NCBI GenBank assembly: GCA_016177225.1
Contig: JACOVQ010000004.1
Location: 3,328 to 67,327, forward strand
Origin: Candidatus Zambryskiibacteriota bacterium
GTDB lineage: Bacteria > Patescibacteriota > Minisyncoccia > Phycocordibacterales > Zambryskibacteraceae
DNA: 64,000 nt
Reading direction: 5' to 3'
Shown here piece after piece: positions 49,699 through 59,419 of this stretch (positions are counted from its first letter, which is position 1; every line of letters starts with the position of its first letter). Made by a program: the position numbers and the translations under genes. The notes under the pieces are model-generated. The model saw nothing but the letters and a program-made list of their open reading frames with translations. It searched no databases and was not told the origin of the DNA.

Positions 49699-50118
49699 TT
49701 AGGCACTTTTGAAGATATATTCAGCAGTGGCTTTTTTCATTGCTTCAAATACTTTCTCATCCATCATCCCAATTTTGTTCACTAGTCTTTTGGAACTATA
49801 TGCGCGTACCTGTATAAGTACTGCCATAGCTGATTCTCCGTCAATCTCCCCTACTCCAAAATAGAAATTCAGAGATTTAATTTTTGTAGTTAGGGGTATG
49901 CCAGTGAACAGATTTTTTCCGTGCTTTCTAATAATAACAACTGGCCTAACAAATTCCGTATCTTTTCCATCTTGTTCATATCCAATATTACATCCAACTT
50001 TGCAAAACCATATTTCTCTTTCGTAATAATACGGAATTAGGTCATCATTTTTACTATCAATAGATTTCTTTTCCAAATGCCAACTATCGAAGTCCTTGAT
50101 GTATTTTCCTTCGGCCAT
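49699..50118 (-). CDS. MazF/PemK-like toxin-fold protein, solitary
   Basis: EIWFCKVGCNIGYEQDGKDTEFVRPVVII...IPLTTKIK pattern of PemK/MazF mRNA interferases; no adjacent antitoxin ORF. Confidence 0.5.
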   Translation of the reverse strand: MAEGKYIKDFDSWHLEKKSIDSKNDDLIPYYYEREIWFCKVGCNIGYEQDGKDTEFVRPVVIIRKHGKNLFTGIPLTTKIKSLNFYFGVGEIDGESAMAVLIQVRAYSSKRLVNKIGMMDEKVFEAMKKATAEYIFKSA

Positions 50119-50251
50119 ATTACTTCAATAATACAGGAAAACAATTAGACCCACTATCGAAACTGTAAGAGTTTTTATGTAAGAGAATTTAAGCACAAGA
50201 ATATAATTTGACTTGACAGGGTAAAACCTGACTTGTGGGACACTGTACAGA

Positions 50252-50281
50252 TAACAAAAACCGCCCTACTCTATCGGGCGG
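50252..50281 (-). terminator. rho-independent terminator (CCGCCC/GGGCGG stem, U-tract on the minus strand) after the transglycosylase gene
   Basis: Read directly. Confidence 0.5.
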
Positions 50282-50292
50282 CTTCTGTTTAT

Positions 50293-50745
50293 TTATCTCT
50301 TGGCGATTTCAGACATTTGTCCGGAATTGGCTAACTTGGCCCAGCAAGCGGAAGACGACTTCCACGGCTTGGCGCCAAATTTCTCATAAAGATATCGAGC
50401 GAAAGCCACGTTGTCATCAATATTGCTTAGGTCAAAACCCATTTTCCGAGCTTTTTCCTGGTGATATAAGATGTTAATCTGCATCACCCCTCTGTCGTAA
50501 GTGTTCTTCTCGCCGCGGAGCACCTCGCCTCTTGAGTTGAAGTGCCTGTTGTGAGATTCGCAACTGCCGATTTTCGCTAAGAGCGGAATATCGGCAAAGT
50601 AGTCGTTAAGAAACTTCTCGACATTATCCGGGTCGGTAATCGGCTGATAGTCTTCTGACTTAACTTCTTTCGGAATGGCAATATTGGGTATAATAAGCGA
50701 TGGAATCGCAGGTAATACCGCGGCCGCTCCGGAGGAGAAGCTCAT
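50293..50745 (-). CDS. lytic transglycosylase (SLT-domain-like) protein, membrane-anchored
   Basis: CESHNRHF...GVMQIN motif. Confidence 0.5.
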   Translation of the reverse strand: MSFSSGAAAVLPAIPSLIIPNIAIPKEVKSEDYQPITDPDNVEKFLNDYFADIPLLAKIGSCESHNRHFNSRGEVLRGEKNTYDRGVMQINILYHQEKARKMGFDLSNIDDNVAFARYLYEKFGAKPWKSSSACWAKLANSGQMSEIAKR

Positions 50746-50936
50746 GAGAAGGCTAAGGGTCGTAAGCTGTAAAATAACGATAGGTTAAACTTCTAATCGA
50801 GAGATGCCGTGTCTGTATTCTCACTCTCAAGTAAAAAGCCAGCTAACCGCTGACTTGCCTACATACTATCATACTCTGGATTTGATGTCAAGCACTTTAT
50901 GTGGTTAAATATGTGAAACTTGGCTTTGTTGAGCCA

Positions 50937-51305
50937 TTATTTACAATTAGAAGCCAATGTATACCCAGCCGCTTCTGCGGCGTTAGCGGAGCTAAAAGTG
51001 ACCTTATTTTTCTCGCTAATCTGTTTTGCTCCAGGGCAATTGGGATAATGGTATTTACTCCCATTTTTTGAACCAACCACAGCACCCTGAGCGGAATTTT
51101 CAATTTTCAATGAATTTTCAATGCTCAATAAAGGGTCATATTCTATTCGGATGGGTTCCCTCTTCCCCACCACACTCAATCTGCCAATGCCAAAAGAAAG
51201 TAGAGCGACAAGAATTATTACAATAGCTAAAAATAATTTCCTAAGCCACGAGAACCTCTCAATGTTCCCGCTATTGTCAAAAGATACTTCTTCTGTTAAA
51301 CTCAT
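50937..51305 (-). CDS. membrane-anchored protein with C-terminal cysteine/histidine motif ([10 protein letters not shown]...GYTLASNC)
   Basis: TM helix plus conserved-looking metal-binding pattern. Confidence 0.4.
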   Translation of the reverse strand: MSLTEEVSFDNSGNIERFSWLRKLFLAIVIILVALLSFGIGRLSVVGKREPIRIEYDPLLSIENSLKIENSAQGAVVGSKNGSKYHYPNCPGAKQISEKNKVTFSSANAAEAAGYTLASNCK

Positions 51306-51316
51306 TCAGCTTAATT

Positions 51317-51595
51317 ATGGCACATAAGAAATCAGCTGGTAAGACCAAAAACGGCCGCGATTCCAATCCAAAATATCTGGGAATCAAGGTCACTCCGGGA
51401 GCCTTCGCCAAAGTGGGCTCTGTCCTCGTGCGCCAACGAGGCACCAGTGTCCTCCCGGGACAAAACGTCTCCATGGGCCGTGACCACACTCTTTTTGCGG
51501 TCAAAAACGGTAAAGTCTCTCTTATCTACAAACGCAAGACTCATTTCGATAACAAGGTTATTCAGAAGAAAGTGGTAAATGTTTTGCCTGCTTAA
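51317..51595 (+). CDS. rpmA: 50S ribosomal protein L27
   Basis: [16 protein letters not shown]. Confidence 0.9.
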   Translation: MAHKKSAGKTKNGRDSNPKYLGIKVTPGAFAKVGSVLVRQRGTSVLPGQNVSMGRDHTLFAVKNGKVSLIYKRKTHFDNKVIQKKVVNVLPA

Positions 51596-51839
51596 ATTTC
51601 TCTAGTTCTAAGTGCTTCTCTTGCCTCTTGGTTTCTTTTTCTTTTAGTCTTTCCTCTTCAGCAATCCTTTTTGCGTCACTCCGCTCTTTAAGCTGTTTAG
51701 CTTTGGCTACTCCCGCCTTGTCTGCCACGAGCGCGAAATTTTTTGGCAGTAAAAAATTGGCGGCGTATCCGTCGGAAACGTTTTTCTCCTCATATATCTT
51801 CCCCACCCCTTTGACATCTTTGAGTAAAATTATCCGCAT
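51558..51839 (-). CDS. rplI: 50S ribosomal protein L9, N-terminal domain only
   Basis: [14 protein letters not shown]...[10 protein letters not shown]. Confidence 0.65.
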   Translation of the reverse strand: MRIILLKDVKGVGKIYEEKNVSDGYAANFLLPKNFALVADKAGVAKAKQLKERSDAKRIAEEERLKEKETKRQEKHLELEKFKQAKHLPLSSE

Positions 51840-51840
51840 A

Positions 51841-53061
51841 TTATTTATTCAGAATCTCGATGGCCTTATCGAGCTGGGGGTCGCGGCTGGCTTGGCGGTC
51901 TTCCTGAGTCATTTTGACCTTGTATTGCGGTTCGATGCCGTGGTCTGAAATGGAGACTCCGTTAGGCGTAAGCCAGCGAGCCACCGTAATTTTGATGGAA
52001 GTGCTTGCAGTGACATCCACTAATTCTTGCACCGAACCTTTGCCGAAAGTCTTGTCACCCACCAATATCGCCTTTCCTTGCTCCGCGAGAGCTCCGGCCA
52101 AAATTTCTGACGCTGAAGCCGAACCGGAGTCGACAAGAATCACAAATTTTAAATTATCGTTAAAAATGTCATAGCCTTTGCTTCGATAAACTTTCTGTTC
52201 TTTATTGGGGCCGAAATCTTCCTTTACCACCACTTTGCTCGAAGGCAGAAACCACGAAGCCATGTCGATGGCGGCTTCAAGATAGCCGCCCGGGTTGCCG
52301 CGAAGGTCAAGTATCAGTTTATCGGCTCTGGAAGTAATAAATTCGCGCAAAGCGCCGCGGAAGAGGTTGGGAGATTGCGCCGAGAAACTATAAAGTTCAA
52401 TGTCGAAAATTCCGCCGGGCAAGGTCTTTGTGCTGATAGTCGGGATGTTGATGACATCTCTCGTAACCGCCACTTCAAAAGGTTCCTTTACTCCGGTCCT
52501 GAATACGGTTAAATGAACTTTTGTGCCTTTCGGTCCGCGAATCAGTCCCACAGCGTCTTCAGTGGAAAGGTTTGATGTCGGACGGTTCTCCACCTTAAGA
52601 ATTTTGTCTCCCGGCAAAAGTCCGGCGCGCGCCGCGGGAGAATTTTTCAGCGGGGCAATGACGGTAATAGCACCCTCTTGCGCGATGATTTCCATCCCCA
52701 CTCCTTCAAAGTTGCCGCGGATATCGGATTCGAAAAGCTGAGACTGTACCGGCGGGAAAAATACGGTGTACGGGTCGCCCAAGGAACTGGCAAGACCCCC
52801 GATTGCTCCCCAAACCTTGTCCTGGTCGGTTACAAGCTTTGCTGTAGTGCTGGCTGGCACATACTTTTCTGCTATTAGATTCCAGGCTTTCCAGAATGGG
52901 GCAAAATCGATATTGCTCGGCTCCCCTTCTCTTATGTTGGTAACGCTGATGACTGCAGTGGAAACTTTGTTTTCCCCCGATTTAAATCCGATAGTGTAAA
53001 AGATGGCGGCTATGAGAGCCGCGGAAACCAATAGAGATGAATATTTCTTCAGAAATTCCAT
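51841..53061 (-). CDS. ctpA: S41 carboxyl-terminal processing protease
   Basis: PDZ plus S41 region (ILDLRGNPGGYLEAA); start taken at MEFLKKYSSLL. Confidence 0.85.
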   Translation of the reverse strand: MEFLKKYSSLLVSAALIAAIFYTIGFKSGENKVSTAVISVTNIREGEPSNIDFAPFWKAWNLIAEKYVPASTTAKLVTDQDKVWGAIGGLASSLGDPYTVFFPPVQSQLFESDIRGNFEGVGMEIIAQEGAITVIAPLKNSPAARAGLLPGDKILKVENRPTSNLSTEDAVGLIRGPKGTKVHLTVFRTGVKEPFEVAVTRDVINIPTISTKTLPGGIFDIELYSFSAQSPNLFRGALREFITSRADKLILDLRGNPGGYLEAAIDMASWFLPSSKVVVKEDFGPNKEQKVYRSKGYDIFNDNLKFVILVDSGSASASEILAGALAEQGKAILVGDKTFGKGSVQELVDVTASTSIKITVARWLTPNGVSISDHGIEPQYKVKMTQEDRQASRDPQLDKAIEILNK

Positions 53062-53089
53062 TTCAAGAATTGTATCATATAATAGACCA

Positions 53090-54265
53090 GTGACATTAAA
53101 ACTATACAATACTCTCTCCGGCCAGCTTGAGGAATTTAAGCCGATTTCTCCGAGCGAGGTAAGGCTCTTTGTTTGCGGACCGACCGTCTACGACCTCGAC
53201 CATTTGGGGCACGCCAAGACCTACACTCAATTTGATTTAATCGCAAGAACGCTCCGATATCTGGGATATAATGTCCGTTATATTCAAAATATTACAGATA
53301 TCGATGACAAAATCATCGTTCGGGCTAGGGAGAAAAACGTCGAACCATCGATACTTGCTCGCGAATACGAAAAGTACCATGTCGAAGATATGGAGAAACT
53401 CGGCAATACTAGTGTCGACAAATATGCTCGAGCTACTGATTACATCTCCCAAATTATAAGTCAAGTGGAAAGGCTTGTGGCCAAGGATATGGCTTACAAA
53501 ATTTCCGACGGATATTATTTTGATGTTTCTAAGTTTTCTGATTACGGCAAATTATCCGGACGCAACAGTCTGAAGCCCGGCGATGCGATTTCAAGAATCG
53601 ATGAGAATCCGGAGAAAAGGAATCCCAGAGACTTCTGCCTCTGGAAATTTAAAAAAGAAAATGAGCCGTCCTGGCCATCTAGTCTTGGCGAAGGCCGCCC
53701 GGGCTGGCATATAGAAGATACGGCGATTACCGAAGCGGAGTTCGGTCCGCAATATGATATGCATGGCGGAGCGATGGATTTAATATTTCCCCATCATGAA
53801 GCCGAGATTGCTCAAATGGAATCTATTTCAGGACGTAAGCCATTCGTCAAATACTGGCTTCATGCCGGCTTTCTCAATATCCAGTCGGAGAAAATGTCTA
53901 AGAGTCTCGGGAATTTCTTAACCATTAGACAGGTCTTGGAGCAGATTGTTTCTCCTATTTCTATCAGATATCTCTTCCTTTTGTCGCATTATCGAACACC
54001 GGCTAACTTCAGCTTCGAAGCTTTGGAGGCGGCGGAGAATGCTTTAGGGAAATTGAGTAAAGCCGTGTCAACCTGGCAGGTTGACACGGCTGGTATCGTA
54101 GATAAAGCTTATAAAGCCAAGTTTGTAGAAAAGCTCGAAAATGATTTTAACATTCCTCAAGCATTGGCGTTAGTATGGACATTGCTCAAAGATAAAGAAG
54201 TAACGCCGGAGAATAAAAAAACCACCATTCTCGACTTTGATAAAGTTCTGGGCCTCGGGTTGTAA
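53090..54265 (+). CDS. cysS: cysteine--tRNA ligase
   Basis: CGPTVYDLDHLGHA, KMSKSLGN; GTG start at 53090 proposed so as not to overlap the divergent ctpA start. Confidence 0.8.
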   Translation: MTLKLYNTLSGQLEEFKPISPSEVRLFVCGPTVYDLDHLGHAKTYTQFDLIARTLRYLGYNVRYIQNITDIDDKIIVRAREKNVEPSILAREYEKYHVEDMEKLGNTSVDKYARATDYISQIISQVERLVAKDMAYKISDGYYFDVSKFSDYGKLSGRNSLKPGDAISRIDENPEKRNPRDFCLWKFKKENEPSWPSSLGEGRPGWHIEDTAITEAEFGPQYDMHGGAMDLIFPHHEAEIAQMESISGRKPFVKYWLHAGFLNIQSEKMSKSLGNFLTIRQVLEQIVSPISIRYLFLLSHYRTPANFSFEALEAAENALGKLSKAVSTWQVDTAGIVDKAYKAKFVEKLENDFNIPQALALVWTLLKDKEVTPENKKTTILDFDKVLGLGL

Positions 54266-54340
54266 TCCCCAACTTAGACACTGTTTTTTACCTAATGGAA
54301 GATTGGCATCAAATATAGAGACTGATAACATTTAAGGGTA

Positions 54341-55759
54341 ATGAAAATTCTAACTCTTGATGAGAAAACCGGCCTAAGAATACCGCCTCACAGTCTTGAG
54401 GCGGAAGCGGCTCTCTTGGGTTCGCTCATGCTCCGGCCCGACGTTATCTATGAGGTCATGGATATCGTTTCTCCCACTTCGTTTTATTTCGAAAAACACA
54501 AAATCATTTTCGAAACGGTACTTGAGCTTTTTGGCAAGCATGTTCCGATTGATATTCTTTCTCTCTCAACAAGATTAAAAGAAAAAGATTTGCTCGAGCG
54601 CGTCGGCGGTATCACTTTCCTTACGGAACTATCTTCAGCCGTGCCGTCTTCGGCCAATGCCAAGCACTACGCCGAGATTGTGATGAAGAAGCATATGATG
54701 CGTCAGCTTATCGAAGCAAGCGAATATTTATCTCATCTTGGATTTAATGAAGCGGCGGATTTGGAGGAAGTACTTGACGAGGCGGAGAAGAAAATTTTTG
54801 ATATTACCGAGCACTTTGCCGGCTCAGCGCGTTTTCAAGACCTGACTCCCCTACTCCGCGACGCTTACGAGCGTTTTGAGAAATTATCGAGTGCCGAACA
54901 CGAGTTGCGCGGCGTGCCGACCGGTTACAAATCTCTAGACGACATTTTGGGCGGCTTCCAAAACTCAGACCTCATTATTATTGCCGCCCGGCCTTCCATC
55001 GGTAAAACGGCTTTGGCGCTGGACATTGCCCGCCGCACGGCCAGCACTCACGAAACGCCGGTCGGCATCTTTTCCCTTGAAATGAGCGCCGACCAGCTGG
55101 TGGACCGCATTGTGGCCGCCCACTCGCGCACAGATTCATCGATTATCAGGAAAGGCGTGCGTACGCAGAAAGGCAGTTGGCGCGAAGATATTTTCAAAAA
55201 TATCCGCGATGCTTTAGACGAGCTCTCCCGCACTCCAATTTATATAGATGACCAGCCGGGTAACACCATTATGAAAATGCGCTCTGCCGCCAGGAAGTTG
55301 AAAATCGAGAAGGGTCTTAAACTCTTAGTTGTCGATTATCTTCAACTCATGGCTCCGGCTAATGCACGCGCCAATGACTCCATGGTCCAGCAAGTGACGG
55401 AAATCTCTCGCGGCCTCAAGCATTTGGCTCGAGAATTGAATATCCCGGTCATCGCGCTTTCCCAACTGTCGCGTGATATTGAAAAGCGCGGCGGCAAACC
55501 TAAGCTCTCCGACCTGCGCGACTCCGGTTCCATCGAGCAAGATGCGGACCTCGTGATGTTTATCCATCAGAGCGAAGACGATGTCCGCGACGAGAGTGGC
55601 AAGGTCAAAGAAGTCCAGAGAAAGGAACTCATTATTGCCAAGCACCGAAACGGCCCTCTCGGCGTGGCTACCCTCGACTACCACACTCGCTTCAATACCT
55701 TTGTCGAAATTGATTACTCAAACTACGGCAAAGCGGAGGAACAGTTTGAAAGTTTATAA
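54341..55759 (+). CDS. dnaB: replicative DNA helicase DnaB
   Basis: Walker A ARPSIGKT, RecA-like C-terminal domain. Confidence 0.9.
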   Translation: MKILTLDEKTGLRIPPHSLEAEAALLGSLMLRPDVIYEVMDIVSPTSFYFEKHKIIFETVLELFGKHVPIDILSLSTRLKEKDLLERVGGITFLTELSSAVPSSANAKHYAEIVMKKHMMRQLIEASEYLSHLGFNEAADLEEVLDEAEKKIFDITEHFAGSARFQDLTPLLRDAYERFEKLSSAEHELRGVPTGYKSLDDILGGFQNSDLIIIAARPSIGKTALALDIARRTASTHETPVGIFSLEMSADQLVDRIVAAHSRTDSSIIRKGVRTQKGSWREDIFKNIRDALDELSRTPIYIDDQPGNTIMKMRSAARKLKIEKGLKLLVVDYLQLMAPANARANDSMVQQVTEISRGLKHLARELNIPVIALSQLSRDIEKRGGKPKLSDLRDSGSIEQDADLVMFIHQSEDDVRDESGKVKEVQRKELIIAKHRNGPLGVATLDYHTRFNTFVEIDYSNYGKAEEQFESL

Positions 55760-55762
55760 CGG

Positions 55763-56362
55763 ATGAATTCAATAGACAAACTGGCGGAGCTTTTTGGGAA
55801 ATTTCCCGGCATTGGGCCGAGACAGGCCAGGCGTTTTGTTTATTTTCTTTTATCACGAAGCGGTAATTATACGAGTGAATTAATTGGCGCCATTCAAAAC
55901 ATTAAAAAAGAGATTGTACAATGCAGTGAATGCATGCGCTTCTATGCCAAGAATGGCCATGCGGGAAAAATTTGTAATATTTGTTTAGATGACACGCGAG
56001 ACAATTCGATGCTGATGATTGTGCCACGCGATATAGATATGGAAGCGGTGGAGAAGAGCGGAAGCTATCGTGGGTATTATTTTGTGTTGGGCGGAGTGGT
56101 GCCGATTTTAGAAAAAGAACCGGAGAAGAGGATTAGAATCACGAATCTCGAAGCACGAATCAAGAAAGACAAACATATCAAAGAAGTAATTCTGGCCATG
56201 AATGCCAATATCGAAGGTGAGAATACGACAGAGTATTTGAAAGATAAACTTAAAAACTTTAAACTTCAAACTTCTGTCCTGGGCCGTGGTCTCTCCACCG
56301 GCGCCGAACTCGAATACGCCGACCCGGAAACTCTGAAGAATGCTTTTCAAAATAGACACTAG
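55763..56362 (+). CDS. recR: recombination protein RecR
   Basis: HhH, C4 zinc finger CSEC...CNIC, Toprim. Confidence 0.9.
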   Translation: MNSIDKLAELFGKFPGIGPRQARRFVYFLLSRSGNYTSELIGAIQNIKKEIVQCSECMRFYAKNGHAGKICNICLDDTRDNSMLMIVPRDIDMEAVEKSGSYRGYYFVLGGVVPILEKEPEKRIRITNLEARIKKDKHIKEVILAMNANIEGENTTEYLKDKLKNFKLQTSVLGRGLSTGAELEYADPETLKNAFQNRH

Positions 56363-56394
56363 TGTGTTATTGTTTGTCTAGGAAAGGAGCTCTT

Positions 56395-56613
56395 ATGGGG
56401 ATTTCTTTGCAACAGTTGCGACGAATCAGGCGAAATTGGCACAGAGACGAGGAATTAAGAAAAGAACGAGAACGGAAAGAAAAAGAAGAGGCAGTCGAGA
56501 GACAACACCAAAATTTTCTGAATGCAAGGATGGCGGCTGGTTTTACTGCGTTGCAGGCAGAAAATTTATGGAAATGCATCGTTATGCCATGGGTAGAGCT
56601 TGGTCGCAGATAA
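56395..56613 (+). CDS. small charged hypothetical protein
   Basis: AGGAGC RBS; ORF only. Confidence 0.3.
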   Translation: MGISLQQLRRIRRNWHRDEELRKERERKEKEEAVERQHQNFLNARMAAGFTALQAENLWKCIVMPWVELGRR

Positions 56614-56715
56614 TGGTAAAGGCGCTGCGACACGAATGTGTCGCAGCGCCAAAACTTTACTTTTTAATAAAAAGAAATAAGATTGAATTTGGAAAGTGCG
56701 GAAAGGAAGGTACTG

Positions 56716-56958
56716 ATGAGTGATTCTAATTTACTGAATTTGTCGGAGGAGGAACGTCGTAAGTTCTACGAAGACAATGTTAGAAAAAGAGCGCAACAGG
56801 CAAAGGATAAAGAGGAAGCGGAACAGAACGCTCTACGAGCTAATTATATCGCTCAAGTAAGGACGGCGATAAAATCAGACCGACTAGCGGAGTTCTTGTG
56901 GGAAATGGAACAGCGACTGACCCGGTCTTCCGGAGAACCGCAGATAAAAAGTGAATGA
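56716..56958 (+). CDS. small charged hypothetical protein
   Basis: AGGAAGG RBS 6 nt before the ATG. Confidence 0.35.
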   Translation: MSDSNLLNLSEEERRKFYEDNVRKRAQQAKDKEEAEQNALRANYIAQVRTAIKSDRLAEFLWEMEQRLTRSSGEPQIKSE

Positions 56959-56963
56959 TAAAA

Positions 56964-57000
56964 GGCGCCGCGACATAGTCGCGGCGCTGAATCTTTTCTC
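56964..57000 (+). terminator. rho-independent terminator (GCGCCGCGAC/GTCGCGGCGC followed by T-rich tail)
   Basis: Read directly. Confidence 0.6.
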
Positions 57001-57030
57001 TACAATATACTGATATACTATAGACAAAAT

Positions 57031-57072
57031 AAATACATAATAAGAATGCTATAGCATTCTTATTATGTATTT
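57031..57072. repeat. perfect 42-nt palindrome AAATACATAATAAGAATGCTA|TAGCATTCTTATTATGTATTT between convergent genes
   Basis: Read directly. Confidence 0.8.
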
Positions 57073-57088
57073 GGAAGTCTACTAACTT

Positions 57089-57433
57089 CTATTTAATACT
57101 ATCTACTATAATCTCGAAGTATGGTTGTCTATGACCGTATTTTTTGAAGTAACGGGACTTCTGTTTGTATTTGATAACGTCGACAGTCTTGTATCGCCCA
57201 ATTTTATTTAAAGTCGCTTCCACTTCCCCACCGCTGATAAAAGGATTACCTAAATTTACATCATTTGCGCCATCATCGGTCATCAAAACCTGGTCAAAAG
57301 TAACCTTATCGCCCTCCTTAAATTCTCCTATGATTTTCTCGATTTTGACCTTATCTCCTGCCTTTACCCTATATTGCTTGCCTCCAGTGGTAAAGACAGC
57401 GTATAGGTCATTTTTAGCTCTTTTAGTGACCAT
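57089..57433 (-). CDS. rplU: 50S ribosomal protein L21
   Basis: YAVFTTGGKQYRV. Confidence 0.85.
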   Translation of the reverse strand: MVTKRAKNDLYAVFTTGGKQYRVKAGDKVKIEKIIGEFKEGDKVTFDQVLMTDDGANDVNLGNPFISGGEVEATLNKIGRYKTVDVIKYKQKSRYFKKYGHRQPYFEIIVDSIK

Positions 57434-57440
57434 AAGAACA

Positions 57441-58412
57441 CTATTCTACCGAAGGTTTGTCCAAAGTCAATGCTTCAATGTCTAGGCTTTTCCCGGTGAT
57501 TTTGAGGATATCTTTATCGATTTTCTTAAACTCTTTGCCGGCGGCATTGTACTGGTTTATGGTCGTGCCCAAGGCGTTCCCAAGCTTGCCGTAGTAATCT
57601 TCGTACGCCAAAAGATGCTTTTGAAGCCCACCGACATTTTTGATAATTTCTTTGACCGACTCCTCGATTTGCATCCCCTTCAACCCTTCGAGCACGGTTT
57701 GAAGGTAAGCAAAGAGAGACGTCGGAGAGATAGCGATGACTTTGTATTTGGCCGCTGCTCGCCGGATAAGATTTTCTTCGCTGGCGCCTACCGTGCCGGC
57801 CACTAAGTCGTAATAAATCGCTTCGTGCGGGATAAACATGAAAGCGAAATCCATAGTCTTGTCTTGCGGGCGGATGTATTTGGAAGTTTCTACAATTCTA
57901 TTTTTTAAATCATTTTCAAAAACTTTCTCTAATCTCTGCTTTTCAATCGGGTCGCTCTCTTCGGCGAGGCGGTTATAGTTTTCAAGAGAAAATTTGGAGT
58001 CGATAGGCACAATCCTGTCTTTGATAAAAATGACGGCATCAACGATGCTCCCGTCCGGAAAGGGATACTGCATTTGGTAGCTTCCCGGCGGCAAAACATT
58101 TTTTAATAAAGTCTCGAGATAATACTCGCCGAGCACACCGCGCTGTTTTGGATTCTTCAAAATATCCTGAAGCGACTGGAGCTGATTAGTGAATCCAACC
58201 ATCTGCTTTCCCGTCTCATCAACCCTCGTCACTCCTTTAATGATTTCTCTGATATTTTCATTAATGCTCTTGTCCAATTCTTTCATCTGGCCTTGGAGGA
58301 GCAACAGTCCCTCGCTTTTAGCATCGCTCTTCTCTTCCGGTTTTAATCGCGAATAGAGAAAAAATAGAACAGCTAAATTTACTACGACTAATAGGATGAG
58401 AACGGCAGTCAT
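57441..58412 (-). CDS. rmuC: DNA recombination protein RmuC
   Basis: TM plus coiled-coil N-terminus; RmuC C-terminal region. Confidence 0.8.
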   Translation of the reverse strand: MTAVLILLVVVNLAVLFFLYSRLKPEEKSDAKSEGLLLLQGQMKELDKSINENIREIIKGVTRVDETGKQMVGFTNQLQSLQDILKNPKQRGVLGEYYLETLLKNVLPPGSYQMQYPFPDGSIVDAVIFIKDRIVPIDSKFSLENYNRLAEESDPIEKQRLEKVFENDLKNRIVETSKYIRPQDKTMDFAFMFIPHEAIYYDLVAGTVGASEENLIRRAAAKYKVIAISPTSLFAYLQTVLEGLKGMQIEESVKEIIKNVGGLQKHLLAYEDYYGKLGNALGTTINQYNAAGKEFKKIDKDILKITGKSLDIEALTLDKPSVE

Positions 58413-58430
58413 GATAGGATTATAACATGT

Positions 58431-58552
58431 TCCTGTTAGAAGCCGCGGTCACGGTTTCAAACTGATGTCAAGTATTTATATGAAAATTATTAGAAAATTT
58501 ATCACTAACATTTTAGGTACGGCTCGCTGACCGCGACCTGCTTCTAACAGGA
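58431..58552. promoter_or_regulatory. interrupted 21-bp inverted repeat (TCCTGTTAGAAGCCGCGGTCA ... TGACCGCG-acct-GCTTCTAACAGGA) bracketing the rmuC/yqeY divergent intergenic region
   Basis: Read directly; right arm overlaps the yqeY start codon. Confidence 0.6.
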
Positions 58553-59043
58553 TGTCATTACAACAAACTATTAAAAGCCAAATGGTTGAAGCGATGAAGG
58601 CCAAAGATGCCGTACGGCTCTCGGTAATTCGCGGACTTCTAGCTGCTTTCACAAACGAGTTAATTGCGCGTGGGAAGAAGTCTGATGAACCCGCCCGCCA
58701 CGGCTTCGCCGCAGGCGAGTCGGGCGGGGAACTTTCTGACGAAGAAGTTTTGTCAGTTATTTCCCATGCAGTTAAGCAGAGGAAAGATTCTATCGAACAA
58801 TTTGAAAAAGGCTACCGGGCCGATTTGGCCGAAGCGGAGAAAGCGGAACTTAAAATCCTTGAGACTTATATGCCGGCGCAAATGTCTCGTGAAGAAATTT
58901 TTGAATATGTGAAAAACAGACAAGCTGAATTAAATATAACGGCAAATAAGAAAAACCAATTCATAGGCATGGTTATGAAAGATTTGAAGGGCAAAGCGGA
59001 TGGAACTCTTGTCAAAGAAGCCATTGACCAGATTTTTGGCTAG
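58552..59043 (+). CDS. GatB/YqeY-domain protein
   Basis: Sequence pattern. Confidence 0.75.
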   Translation: MSLQQTIKSQMVEAMKAKDAVRLSVIRGLLAAFTNELIARGKKSDEPARHGFAAGESGGELSDEEVLSVISHAVKQRKDSIEQFEKGYRADLAEAEKAELKILETYMPAQMSREEIFEYVKNRQAELNITANKKNQFIGMVMKDLKGKADGTLVKEAIDQIFG

Positions 59044-59296
59044 TGGGGATGAATCCCTCTTTTTTCAAAATTCTAACTTTGGCCATATCTCCATCCCAAT
59101 ATCCGCCAATTTTGCCATCAGAGCGAATCACTCTATGGCAAGGCACTTTTGGACTCGTATTTTTATTTAAAATATTGCCGACCGCTCTATACGATTTCGG
59201 CTTCCCTATTTTTATTGCCACCTCTTTGTATGTCAAAACTTCTCCCTTCGGAATTTTCTTTACTATCGCATAAACTTGTTCTTGGAAAGTTAACAT
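59012..59296 (-). CDS. ogt: methylated-DNA--protein-cysteine methyltransferase, catalytic domain only
   Basis: PCHRVIRSDGKIGGY active-site motif. Confidence 0.7.
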   Translation of the reverse strand: MLTFQEQVYAIVKKIPKGEVLTYKEVAIKIGKPKSYRAVGNILNKNTSPKVPCHRVIRSDGKIGGYWDGDMAKVRILKKEGFIPTSQKSGQWLL

Positions 59297-59419
59297 ATTT
59301 TAATTGTATGCTTCGCATTCACATTTTGTATGGTCACAGATATTTCTCTGTTGAGAAATTCCGTGACCCCGCCTCAGCGCCGTCGCGCTTGCGACTCACA
59401 AAAATGTCCCACATTTTTG

